From: Antedon mediterranea
Lineage: Eukaryota; Animalia; Echinodermata
Direction of reading: 5' to 3'
Assembly (NCBI RefSeq): GCF_964355755.1
Contig: NC_092679.1
Span: forward strand, 13,685,432-13,749,431
DNA: 64,000 bases
Below the pieces are notes generated by a model that did not search any database, had not been told where the DNA came from, and saw only the letters and a program-made list of their open reading frames with translations. Shown piece by piece: positions 1 through 12,800 of the stretch (position 1 is the stretch's first letter; every line of letters starts with the position of its first letter). A program made the translations under genes and the position numbers.

Positions 1-790
1 GAGTTAGATAATTAGTTATGGACAATTAAAACGAATTTAGGTTGAACGATTTGCCCCAAATAGGGGTGTTTTCCGACCGTAGTATATACTGTCTAATGGA
101 TGTCCTCTTAAAAAATACCTGCACACAATAATACGAGGATGATAAATCACGCGTTAATTCTAGAATGTTTACTCGATGGTATATATAGTTGGTACGTACT
201 TTTGATACTGATTTTAACCACCTGATGTAACCCTGTTTATTAATTAAATTGAGTTAGATAATTAGTTATTGACAATACCCGCATACAATAATACGAGGAT
301 GATTCACATTTTCCTATCTCCTCCTACAATAATTGTTTTTAATGGCTGAAAACGGGTTGAACAGCTCGAGTGCAGTATCATAATGTTGAAGACAGGCCGA
401 TTTTCTATTTTGATAGATTTAATATACGTTTATACAAATGTACTGATTTGCAATGAATAGAACATTAGTTGGTTTAAACATGCTTGCATACCTCCATGGT
501 TTAACACAAGTAGGTAAATTTATGGGCAATTAGAGAATAAACATAAATAGTATTGTAATGCTATACAATACTGTAAATAGGTATTAACCACTTTTGATCG
601 CCATTTGAATCGCAAATTTCTTATTGTGTGTCTTGATAGGCCTACTGTTAGATATAATATAAACAAATATACTAATAAACTTTATTACTGTGACTGTGTG
701 GGTAGTCCCTACTTTTAGATTATAAATATATAATAATAATAATAATACTTTATTACTGACAGTTGCTTCTCCACGTTTGTACCTAGTTAA
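1..790 (+). mobile_element. Non-autonomous Helitron-like repeat, family A, partial copy with internal duplication
   Basis: Aligns by eye with 2940-3660 and 25410-25840. Confidence 0.7.
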
Positions 791-859
791 GCTTAGCCTA
801 ACTGGTAGGCTCACTGCTCTGTAGGCGCCTAGTGCACGAGGGTACTGTGAAGTGTAATC

Positions 860-973
860 TAATAAGGGCCACAATGGAAATAAGTTTGACCTTTGGTTAC
901 TTTTTTGTGTTACCCTGAATTCATTCTTTGTATTTTTTTTTTATGCTGTGTTATTTTATGAATTCGAATAAAG

Positions 974-1001
<28 letters not shown>
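860..1001 (+). mobile_element. LINE 3' tail fragment with poly(A)
   Basis: gggccacaatggaaataagt...tgtgttaccc stem-loop-like tail, then aataaa and an A-run. Confidence 0.45.
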
Positions 1002-1004
<3 letters not shown>

Positions 1005-1479
1005 GCCTAGCCTAGTAGGCTTGGTCTAGTCCTGATGACTTTTACATTGCTTAGCCTAGATTTCCGCATGAATACATTGTTTTTATTGTTATTCATTATT
1101 ATTGTATTTCTAAATGGGATCAGGTGTCGTTTTCGGCCACCTCGACTTGTATGGACTATTCCATTATAAAAAGATGGAAAAATAGGGGTGTCCAATTTAT
1201 TCATTTAGTGTGCTGATTTGTTAACATACTGCTGCTTTTGTTCTTTTGTTTAGTGCATTATGTCTCAGCAACAAAGGGAAAACAACTACGCCCCGCATGC
1301 TGCAGAATTTATTGCAGTTTTTCAAGTTAATAGGCATGCTGCAGAATTTATTGCAGTTTTTAAGTTAATACAGTATAAAATATATTATATATCAATTATG
1401 GCTCCTCTTTCTATATCATTTTTAAGGTATTTCTTCCCTAATACGGATATTAGGTGGATAATTTTTAAACTGATTTATT

Positions 1480-2030
1480 GTTTCTGTATCTACAATCGTT
1501 TTATTTATTTACATTTAACATTAAATGTATCAGGTCACCAAAACAAAAATACATATCATTATGTCAATACATTTTTCTGTATCTGCAATTGTTTCATTTA
1601 TTTACATTTAACAAGTAGGCCTAGTCGTACTGTACTATAGTACAGTAAACAAGGTGATCATTAAAACAAAAATACATATTATTATGTCAATGAATCTATT
1701 ACCATTTTGTTTCTGTATCTACGATCGTTTCATTTATTTACAAGTAGGACTTGTCGTACTGTACTATAGTACAGTAAAACAAAGTGATCAGTAAAACAAC
1801 AATACATATTATTATGTCAATGAATCTATTACCATTTTGTTTCTGTATCTACGATCGTTTCATTTATTTACATTTAAGTAGGCCTAGTCGTAATGTACTA
1901 TAGTACTATAGTACAGTAATCGAGGTGATCATTAAAACAAAAATACATAGTATGTCAATGAATCTGTTCCTATGTTGTTTCTTTATCTACAATCGTGTTT
2001 ATTTACATTTAACAGTAAATGTAAAACCAC
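1480..2030. repeat. Imperfect tandem repeat, about 120-130 bp unit, 4-5 copies
   Basis: Recurring tttctgtatctacgatcgtt...gtactatagtacagtaa...aaaacaaaaatacatattattatgtcaatg. Confidence 0.85.
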
Positions 2031-2903
2031 ATACGATTTTTTTCTTGTGTTAAAGGGAGATAAGAAATTATTATTATTATTATTATTATTATTACTGTAA
2101 AAGGCTCCGGCCTCCCTAACTTGTTTTAATTAATTAATTACAAATTTTAGCATTTATTATTTGCTTTATTAATAGTAGCAAGGAGAGCACTCCTCTCCCT
2201 GCCAGTCACCCAGACCAAAGAGAGAGATGTCTCCTTGGATACAGCTGTCTAGGCTTGGGTGTTCAGCAGGGTTCCCATCCCCCATTAAGTTTTTAGTTGA
2301 TTATCTTTGATTTAATTGTATTTTGCAGGTTACGGTTCAAGTAATTTAATTGAAGAATTTGTAAACAAATGACGGCGGCCAGCTCACTTTACTGAAGACC
2401 AGGTTAATTTTTCTGTGTATTTTATGCAAGTAGGCCTAATACATTTTCATTAAAAATAAAAGATTTTGAAATAATATTTTAGAATAGAATAGTACATGGT
2501 AGGCCTATTGAATTATAAAAAAAACGAATATAATAAACATTTGTGTTAATTTGAATCAATTTTGTACCTCTGTAAATTTATGTTTAATTTTGATCAATAA
2601 AAAAATCATGTGATTTCTTAAATATATTTTTCTATTTTGTTTCTGTTTTTTTTATAAGAAAACCAACTTAAATCGACATTTTGATGTAACCAGATTACCC
2701 AAAATAGTTGAGTGCTACTTTGCTGCCATCAAAAACTGGTTTAAAAAAAATATTTCATTAAAAGTTTAGTATTGTAGCCCGAAATACCCCTGTAAACTTT
2801 TCAACTTTCCCAAAAGGAGAAATCAAAGTTTATCCCACTAATTGGTGGCAGCCTGGTGACACCCACTTTATGGGGTAAACTAAGCATATATTTTTTACAG
2901 TGA

Positions 2904-5900
2904 TCTATATATAAATTTACGTAAGGGCAAAATTCGGTAAATCGCGCGTTATTTCTAGAATGTTTACTAGATGGTATAAAGTTGGTTCGTACTTTCGGTA
3001 CTGATTTTAACCACCTGATGTAACCCTGTTTACTAATTAAATTGAGTTAGATAATTAGTTATTGACGATTAAAACGAATTTAGGTTCAACGATTTGCCCC
3101 AAATAGGGGTGTTTTCCGATCGTGGTATACACTGTCCAATGCATGTCTATCTTGAAAAATACCCGCATACAATAATACGAGGATGCTTTGCATTTTCCTA
3201 TCTCCTCCTACGACAATTGTTTTTAATGGCTGAAAACTGGTTGAACAGCTCGAGTACAGCATCATAATGTTGAAGACAAACCTATTTTCTTAAAAACATA
3301 CTATTTTAATAGATTTAATATACGTTTATACAAATGTATTGATTTCCGATGAATGGAACATTCCAATATATCTCTTTGCTTTAACACAAGTGCCACCAGC
3401 TGTAGGTAAATTTATTGGCCCTTGGGGAATTAACCTAAAACCTATATAGATTAAATTGCAATACTTGGACATTACTGTAAATACGTATTAACATTTTTGG
3501 TCACCATTGAATTTACTGTGAGTGTGGGTACTGTTAGATGTATAACACATGTACAAATAAACATATTACTGTTAGTGTGAGTAGGCCCTACTGTTATATA
3601 AAAGGTACAATATACAAATAAACTGTAGGCCTATTACTGACAGTTGCTTCTCAACGTTTGTATTAATTAATAATTACACAGAATATAAAAAAGTGGTATA
3701 TTATTTATAGGCCTATCAAACATGAAAAACATATTTCGTTACTGAGTAGATAAAGAATATATTTAAAAATTGTTCTTCTTTGTACCCATATCCTCTTCCC
3801 CATCCCTCAACCCCAATGTTACACACAAAACACAAATTGGGTTTGTTTAAATGAGTCTACTAATGAGAATAACAAATTTGGACTCATTTTGTGACAAGTT
3901 TCTCTTTTGGAAGTAATTCCCAGTGTGTGCTAATTTTAGTTTAATACATAAATCATTATAGTCCTGCAGTACGCACATTTAAAATAAAAACATTTGTTTA
4001 CGCTGAAATTACTGTGTATTCAAGAACCATCTGTGGGCGCGACCTGGATGGTACGCGAGCGAAGCAATATACAACTAGATTTAATTCGTCAATATGACGA
4101 ATTATAGGTTATATGCATTTATTTAAATAAAGATAATTGACTTTTAAAAGATATATTGATTGATTGATTTTGTCAGAATCTTTAATTATATATAATATAT
4201 GATAGGACCTTGCTAACGCGACCACCATAGCCGGTATCACAATCCGATCAAAGATCCCTATGCGTATAATGTCATAAACCACATTTGTTGTTACATAATG
4301 ATAAAGACATAAGTTACTTTTTATCTAGATTTCATTATAAATCATGTGTATAATCTATACACTAAGAAATAAATTTGAACAAACAATACGGATAATAAAA
4401 AAAAAACCTTATTTAGTTTCCCAAGGTGGGACTCGATCTCGGTACCTTGAATGCCATAGACACGAGCACAGACCATCGAGCCATACACAACTGACTAAAC
4501 GTTGTAGAAAAATTCCTCCGTGTATTTACTATGCAGTAACCACTTTGGTGCAAATAGATTATTACATACCGCAATGAATTATAATGTTTTACTATGATGA
4601 CATCTTTAAAAATGTAAAAAAATGATGCATTGTCAAACTATATACTTTTAACTTTAATATATGAACTTCTTAAGAAAGAAAGTTAATGTTAAGTTTGTTA
4701 TTTCGGCCTAAGAAAATGTCATAATTTGTTTGATTGTCGAAATTATTTTTTTTAAATTTAATATGCAATTAATGAAGACTTAATCAACTTTTGTTCTCTT
4801 AATTTGATAATAAATCATACATATGATACATACACTTCAAGAAAATGAAATAAAAAATAGGTGTTCCCCCAGCATTCTGACGATAGGCCTATATATTAAT
4901 TTTAAAAATTAGCATATTTTCACCATTTTGTTAACTTATACGTGCGTAGTCAGTCACTTTTGACGTGCTCGTATAACGCAATTTCGAGTTGAAACGTGAA
5001 TCAAATATGATGATATTATTAAAGAAAGATTGTAAAACAGAAATCGGGCAAAAAGAGTGCGCATCAACGTTTAACGCGCAGTGCGCGTGCAAAAATCGGC
5101 GCACTCGTGGCAATTTTTTAAACGCTTAAAATTGCCTGAAACGTACTCTAATTTCATCGAAAATAAATGTTGACAATTTTGAACATTTTAAGCGCGCGTA
5201 CGCAAGCGTTATATGCGCTACGCACATAATTGTATTGCCATATGATGAAATATGACCTGAAATTTATGAGTACCAAATTTTGTTTAATTGTGATTCATGC
5301 TTGTGAAGATATGATTACAAACGTGATTTCATAAAATCGCGCGTAGACCGCGTAATTTTTGATTGCGCATCGTGAAAATATAACCACATCGATTCCTGGC
5401 CATAAGGAATATACTCTGAAAACTTGACTTAGCTAGTTGAAACTGATGCCAAGATAATTCACGGACAAAATAGTGCTAAGGAAAGAATAAATAAATAAAT
5501 AAATAAATAAAGATTTTGAAAGGATCAAGAGGTTATATGCATTAATGCATATAACCTAAATAAACTTGACTTAGCTAGTTGAAACTGATGCCAAGATAAT
5601 TCACGGACAAAATAGTGCTAAGGAAAGAATAAATAAATAAATAAATAAATAAAGATTTTGACAGAATCAAGAGGTTATATGCATTAATGCATATAACCTA
5701 AATAAACTGTACTACTGACAGTTGCTTCTCAACGTTTGTATTAATTAATAATTACAAAGAATATAAACGTTGTAGTGGTACGTGTATCGTTACATGTACT
5801 ATGCTATTTTAATCGACTATGACAGTAACAGTTTTAACAAAGTATTAAATCGCAAATGTGTTACTGTATCAAGTGGTATATTATTTATAGGCCTATCAAA

Positions 5901-6288
5901 GATGAAAAACATATTTCGTTACTGAGTAGATAAAGAATATATTTAAAAATTGTTCTTCTTTGTATCCATATCCTCTTCCCCATCCCTCAACCCTAATGTT
6001 ACACACAAAACACAAATTGGGTTTGTTTTAATGAGTCCAAATAACAAATTTGGACTCATTTTGTGAGAAGTTTCTCTTTCGGAAGTAATTCCCAGTGTGC
6101 TAATTTTAGTTTAATACATAAATCATCGTGTCTATTTATTCGTTTCTGTAAACCACAATAGCTGTTATAGTCCTGCAGTACGTACATAAAAAAAAAGCAT
6201 TTTTTTTACGCTGAAATTACTGTGAATTCGAGAACCATCTGTGGGCACGACCTAGATGGTACGCGAGCGAAGCGAGCGTACCATCTAG
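2904..6288 (+). mobile_element. Helitron-like family A copy with a nested insertion and a duplicated 3' part
   Basis: A|TCTATATATAAA 5' end; 3' end ctagatggtacgc...gcgtaccatCTAG|T; 5701-6270 repeats about 3620-4065. Confidence 0.75.
4073..5700. mobile_element. Helentron/HINE-like non-autonomous element with a terminal palindrome and a 160-bp tandem duplication of its end
   Basis: aggttatatgcat near the left end; perfect palindrome aggttatatgcattaatgcatataacct at about 5510 and 5670; inverted partial copy at about 42850-43100. Confidence 0.55.
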
Positions 6289-6772
6289 TTGTTCAAATTC
6301 ATTAAACACCCTCAGTGCGGCACGGCGGAATAGTTCCCATACCAAATAACATAATTTATATTGTATATAATAATTGTACAACATTTTTGTACTTCTTATT
6401 TGTACTTCTTATTTGTACATTTATTGATATTCTTGTTCACGATAAATTTTTAATTTCAACTGTGATTATGGATATTCTACATTTTTATATTAACAATACC
6501 GCCATAACATTAATTTTTACTTTCCACTCTAGAATAATTTATCAAATGTATATACTGTCGAAAATGTTATTCAACTTAAGCCAACTTAAAATATAATAAG
6601 ATCCAAACTTTTCTAAAAAAAAAAACATTTTTATAATTCACTATATTCATCAATATCTAAAAAATAGCCAAAGTTATAACAAACGCGACACTTACATATT
6701 AACAAATATTCTCTATTTCTGTTTAAATAGAATAGCGTATTTATATTTATATATACGATAATGTTACTGAAG

Positions 6773-6891
6773 CTAAATAATAATATTGTTTTCTTCAATC
6801 TGCGATTCGTCCGGGTCATCATCGATTTGGAGAAGCAGTACACTCCTTTCTTGGTGACAGCAGTCTGTTTTGAGTTTCTTTAAAAAATCAA
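6773..6891 (-). CDS. Terminal exon 19: short acidic cytoplasmic tail
   Basis: cttag|; VDFLKKLKTDCCHQERSVLLLQIDDDPDESQIEENNIII*; conserved in the paralog fragment at 46929-47050. Confidence 0.88.
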
Positions 6892-9800
6892 CTAAGAATG
6901 AGAAAAACAGATTTAAATTTAATTAAAAGTACACACAACTTAATTTGTTATAAAGCTGTTGACCAAATATAGTTTAATGTGCCAATATTTACACAGTTAG
7001 GATTTAAACATTATACGATAGATATCTTACCTGTTACCACCAGCATGATAGACACGTTCAGCATAATTAGGATAACGGGAGTTATCTTGTGAAGTAAACC
7101 AATGACGTCATCTTCATTGAAACTCTGATCCAAGTTTACGATCGCCCCAATGGATAGATTGACAACGATAAAGACAAGAGTCAACAATTGGAATCTCTGC
7201 TCTGACTTCTCTTTCATTGGTTCAAGGTACAAATGCAATACAATAAATATGACAGTAAAAAACAGAGAGTAAGACAAACTTGAGGACACGTCATCTTTCA
7301 AATTTGCAATGAGTGCCAATAAAGCCTTGTTGTACAGCTCAAATGATTCCCAAAACCAAAATGTGTGCTTGTATTGTCCACAAAAGAACCTTACTCCAAT
7401 CATCCACCCTTTCCTCTGATTTTTCTTACTTTGATCACAACGTACATTTTTATAATATAGCATAAGAACTATGACCAATGGAAAACCAATGATGTATATT
7501 AAAGCAACGTCAACAAGTGTTTTGTTAGTTTGATACGTAGATCCACCATTTTGGTCCATATCAATGGAGTAGTCTGACGTTAGTACTGTTTTATTGACCT
7601 TTCCGTCTGCTGTGACGTTAAATACACGAATTGACCATGGCCCCACTGCTAATATATCAGCACATGTATTTGCATACGTAAGGTAAAGGAGCAACATGGA
7701 TATAACAATACATCTATCACGTATGCAACTCTCAGTTACTGCTCCATGACACTTATTCCAGATGTAGCAAATGAAGTAAATGGTAGACATAGTCAACAGT
7801 ATGACTAGTGGTGTAGCCATGGCAATATGAAGGGAGGAATACGCATTCCAAGAGTCATATAAACATCTTGGACTTAACATACTAATATATCTTATGACGT
7901 CAAAATATTGAAGTATTTGGCCAGCATACTCAAAGTTTTTAGGCCAATGAATTTCGGTTACTTCTGATAGTATACCTAAGACTTGATAAAAATTAATAGA
8001 AATTTTTAAATAGGTAACAAATGAATCTAGGCCGGTTTGTCTTCGATCCACATTTCTTTCCTGCATTCTCCATAAAAGTAAAATCATTCCAATTATTGCA
8101 AAGGCAACACTAACAAATATAATTACAGTTACAGCAGCCCCTTGACATTTGTGACATTCGTTAAACAGCTCATAATGTCCATTAGAACATGCTGCACAAA
8201 GCCAACCTGTGTACCCTTCGACACAAGTGTCATTAAATTTTAGTCCAATATTACAACTTTTTTCGCCTAGTGGACAAGCATAAACTTTTGGTAACGGACC
8301 TCTGTATACAGCATCTTTCAGTTGATTTGGGTTGGTAATAGGAAAAATGTCGTTTTTTAATTTAGTTACAAATGTTGTGTAAGCCAATAAACAGTTTTTA
8401 TATTGTTCTTCGCCTACTCTACAGTCACCATGAAAGTCCCACGACCACCAGTAACCTTTTGTTAGATTCTGATATCCTCCTTCACAGTTAATACCCTCTG
8501 AGCAGGGCATGCATGGCCCAAATCGATCAGTTCGATGGAAATTGTCAAGGCAATAACATGCATTTAGATTGGCAATATTATTGGTTTTAGTTCCTGATGG
8601 ACAAGTCTGACAACCGGCAATGGACGCTGCTCCTGCATTATTTGAAAAACTTCCAAGAGGACATCGTTGACAGGAATCTTTGTAACCACCCTTTTCATTT
8701 ACTCCTCGTTTATCTTGATAGAAACCACCTGTAACATTTGATTTTTATTTATAAGTACCCGTCGTTGTTTTATTGTTATATACTTTTACTATTAATTATT
8801 ACTATTTACTGTCATAACTAAATTAGAGAGATTATTATATTGCACCATACCTGGTGGGCATTTTCCACATTTGGTGCTATCATACAAACGGTATGTCCCT
8901 TCCTTACACGGACTGCATTTACTCGTCATGGAATTACATGTCAAACCTATTTCTCTACCGATAATACTTAACAGCTCCTTTTCAAATCCTTTTATTTCGA
9001 TTTCTGTACCTTCTGTAACACAAACACTAGCAAAAACAATTAGTTTGTAATTCTACACAACATGCAATTATATTGATTCAATTATATCTATTCTGTGTAT
9101 AGTACTATACATATATTACCTACTTAGAGGTGAATATCAGATTTGACATCCACGTGGGAATGATTCCTTTTATTGTTTTTTAGGCAGGATAGTCAGATGC
9201 TCACATCACTATGACACTTGTGAATAAATAGTTAGCTTGTCTTGACAAGTTAGTGAAACAGTGTGGTGATGTGAGATTCCGTTTTTCGGACTTTTTCTGT
9301 TGTGTTTAACAAGGGTGTCACAAAACCTAAGACCACGAAAGCTAAGACCCCCTAAGACCTAAGATCACGAAAGCTAAGACCCAAGACCTAAGATTACAAA
9401 TTCTAAGATATACTACAGCTTAAAAACAATACTTGTTTATCCATACATAATTTTAAACACAGTAGGTTTCATTTATTACCATAAATATAATTAAATACTA
9501 CCGCAAAACATAGATAAACTCACATTATTTTCGCCCGTTGAGTAAATGTATATTTTTTTCCTTACAACAAACAAACTTGACGGGTTGTTTGTTGGTATAT
9601 ATTTACTCCATTGTGTTGGTTCAGAGGATGTTTTTCTTACGCACCTGCCTTTCTTGTATTTTGACTCCAAATTTGTTGACTAACTTTATCCTGAATACCA
9701 CACTTTAAAATTAGGATTTATAAGTACTTTGAGACGGAGAAACACATAAAAACAAATAAATAAATCCTTTAAATTGTTGATTTTACAGACATGTTTCTTT

Positions 9801-12800
9801 GTATACTGTAACTCCTCGAGCTCCCCCCCCCCCCCCCATGCTCAATGTTTTTGTTTCTATGGAGCGCCAAAAGAGCAACAATAATAGTACAAGTATAAAA
9901 ACAGAAAGAAAACGAAACAAATCATGATTTTTAAATTAAAATTTATTTGCCAGTATTTATTTCTTCGTACTTGCATGATTATACTATTATCATTACAATT
10001 TTAATTTTACATTGTTCCATCCACACTGTAGATGGACTCCACAGAGTTTTCAGCCCTCTGTATCATTTTTGCTCTTTTGACGTTCCATAGAAACAAAAAC
10101 ATTGAACATGGTAGGCCTACTGCTACTGTACTGCTGTAGGCTAGTCATGCGAAATTCGCAAACAGTTTGTGTGCGAGAAAAACGTCTGTAAAATCATCAA
10201 TTTAAAAATGTATTTGTTACTTTTTATGTGATTCTTTTTCATAAAAGTGCCAATTCTAAGGTGTGGTATTCAGAATAAATGTTGGGAGTTAAAATACAAG
10301 GCAGGTGCGAAAGATAAATATTTGTAATCTTAGGTCTTGGGTCTTAGCTTTCGTGATTTTAGGTCTTAGGGGGTCTTAGCTTTCGTGGTCTTAGGTTTCG
10401 TGACACCCTGTTAAACAGCGTATAGAGACTATCTGTATTTTGCGCTATATAAAATTAAAACCATAAAACCATAAACCATATTTTTCTCGAAGGACTATCT
10501 ATTTCACGAAGCGAAGAATAACATAAGCGAGTCATATGGCCGAGCGGTTAAGGCAGGGGCGCCGTTTACCGTACCTAAAGAGCCAACAACAACATCGGCA
10601 AGGGTTCGAGGCCGACTCGCTCCTAGTTCTGGTGGTGGAACAAGTCTTCTCGGATAAGGACTATAAACCGTAGGTCCAGTGTACACAGTTATAACCTGTG
10701 TGTACTTTAAAGAACCCAGTTCATTATTCGAAAAAGAGTAGGGGGTTACCCCGGTGAACTGGTTCACACAATTGCCCCTGTATCAGGGGGATTACCACCT
10801 ATCTGATAGGACAGTGATTAATTCACTATTGGTAATCCTTGGCCACATTGCCTAAAGACATAAAATAAAAATAAATAAAATAAATAACATTCTTTTTCAA
10901 ATCTTATATTTCACCGAAATAAAAGGTGATATTTGTTATATTATATAGCCAGATATCAGTTTCCCCTTACCTTGTACATATTAGAAAGGTAACTAAAAAA
11001 TATAGATAAAATCAATACATCAAATCTTTTATTTTAAGTGTATTTACATGTTAATAAATTTCCCGATGTTTGAAGGAATCGATTTCAGTCCACAGCAGTT
11101 GAGATATCTAAATAAAAATAACATGATTAATGCATATGTTGTAACAAAGCATAGTAGCACGTTGTTAACACATTGCAATGGTGAATGATGCTGATGAGAA
11201 TGATGCGACGATCATTGATGATAAAAAGATTGATAAATATACCGAGGATGATGATGACGGTTCAATCGTGGTGAAATTGAAATTATCATTATCTTTTGTA
11301 AATTGTTTTGACTTAAAAACTAAAAACAATAATATACTAATGTACATACACTGTTCCTTTTTCTATCATATGTGATAGAGCATTTTCCTCGATCTGTTTT
11401 ATTGGATTGTCAAATAGATATCTGGAGGAAAATATGAGCTTTTTTTGTTATTTTAATACTTAATTTGAATCATTAAACTGTGATTAAAATGTAATAGAAA
11501 AAAGTTTAACTTTAAAGTACCTATCATCGAGTATTTATTTTAGCTTAGGCTAAAAAAAGTATTAAAAAAAAAATCTCACATGTATTCCAGTGTTGTGTTT
11601 TGGGTTTCCAATGTTTTATACGTAATGTTGGAAATTTTATTCCCATAGAGGAATCTGCAGGTTAGAAAAACAATTATATTAATATAAATTAAGACAATAT
11701 CAATGCAATTATTATTTAATTGTTTGTCCTTGTATTGTTAGTAAAAAAATGATTTACTTGTTTTAGTGCATGTGTGTAGTAGGCATACTGTACAATTGCA
11801 TACACCATGGATAGATGGATATGTATCGACGGTGACATCAAACGCGCTTGCCTATACTAAAGCACTGCTGCAAACACGCTCCTTGAACTCCATGTCTCTA
11901 ATCGCGCCCTCTATAGAACGCTGCGAATCAACTGTTTTTTCGACAACAAAACTTACCCATGTAGAAATCGTTTGCGCAGTCTGATTGTTATATTGGCATA
12001 TCTGCGTCGAGAATTAATTGACAACAAGATATTGGTATGTTTGAATTTATTGAAGAGTGGAAAATAAACGAAACGAAACGAACATCCATGCATACACATA
12101 TAGTATTCCACACAAACATTATAGTGACAACAATGTTGGAGCATACAATGATAGATTCATGCAAACAAAATACTATTTAATAAATAATGCACATGCTAAA
12201 GGTGTAGGCCCGTATGTAATAACAATTTAACACGATAGCGTAAGCCTATTTCAGTTACAGTTGGACAACGGAGAGCAAACGTAACATATGTTAGGTAATA
12301 CATAACATTTGCTTACAGAAAATAAAGATTAGTTCCATTGAACGCTCCATCTTCTATAAATGTAATGTTGTTGTGTACAAGAAATCTGAAAAATATAACA
12401 ATTATATTTTAGTTAGATTTCAGAGCTACACTAACGGTACAGTGAACATAGTTTTAACATTTATACTTTTTAAATTTAAATTGTTTGAAACAAATGTAAA
12501 TATGGGGAAATAACCTGCGACAAGTGAATGGAAGATGAACTTGATTCTTTACAGCTCACACGAGTCAGATGTGTACACTGAACCACCAGTTTCAAGTCCT
12601 TATCCGAGAAGACTTTTAATTCTACAACCAGACCAATAATCGAGGATTGCCTTGAACCTTTACCGATTGTATAGTTATTGTTCCGGAGCACCCGCCTTTA
12701 CCGCTTTACCGAAAACGACCAAATAGTATACGAAATATCTGTATTCAAAGCTTAACTCTAACATATTACACTCAGAATTAAAATATTCTGTTGATTAGAA

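Noticed and set aside
7011-8510. Calling the 499-aa ORF a stand-alone GPCR
   Set aside because: It is an internal part of exon 18 (frame open upstream to an acceptor, donor at 7030) and lacks GPCR signatures
10527-10622. Functional tRNA gene
   Set aside because: The A-B box spacing is extended, there is no clean cloverleaf, and it is followed by a SINE body and tail
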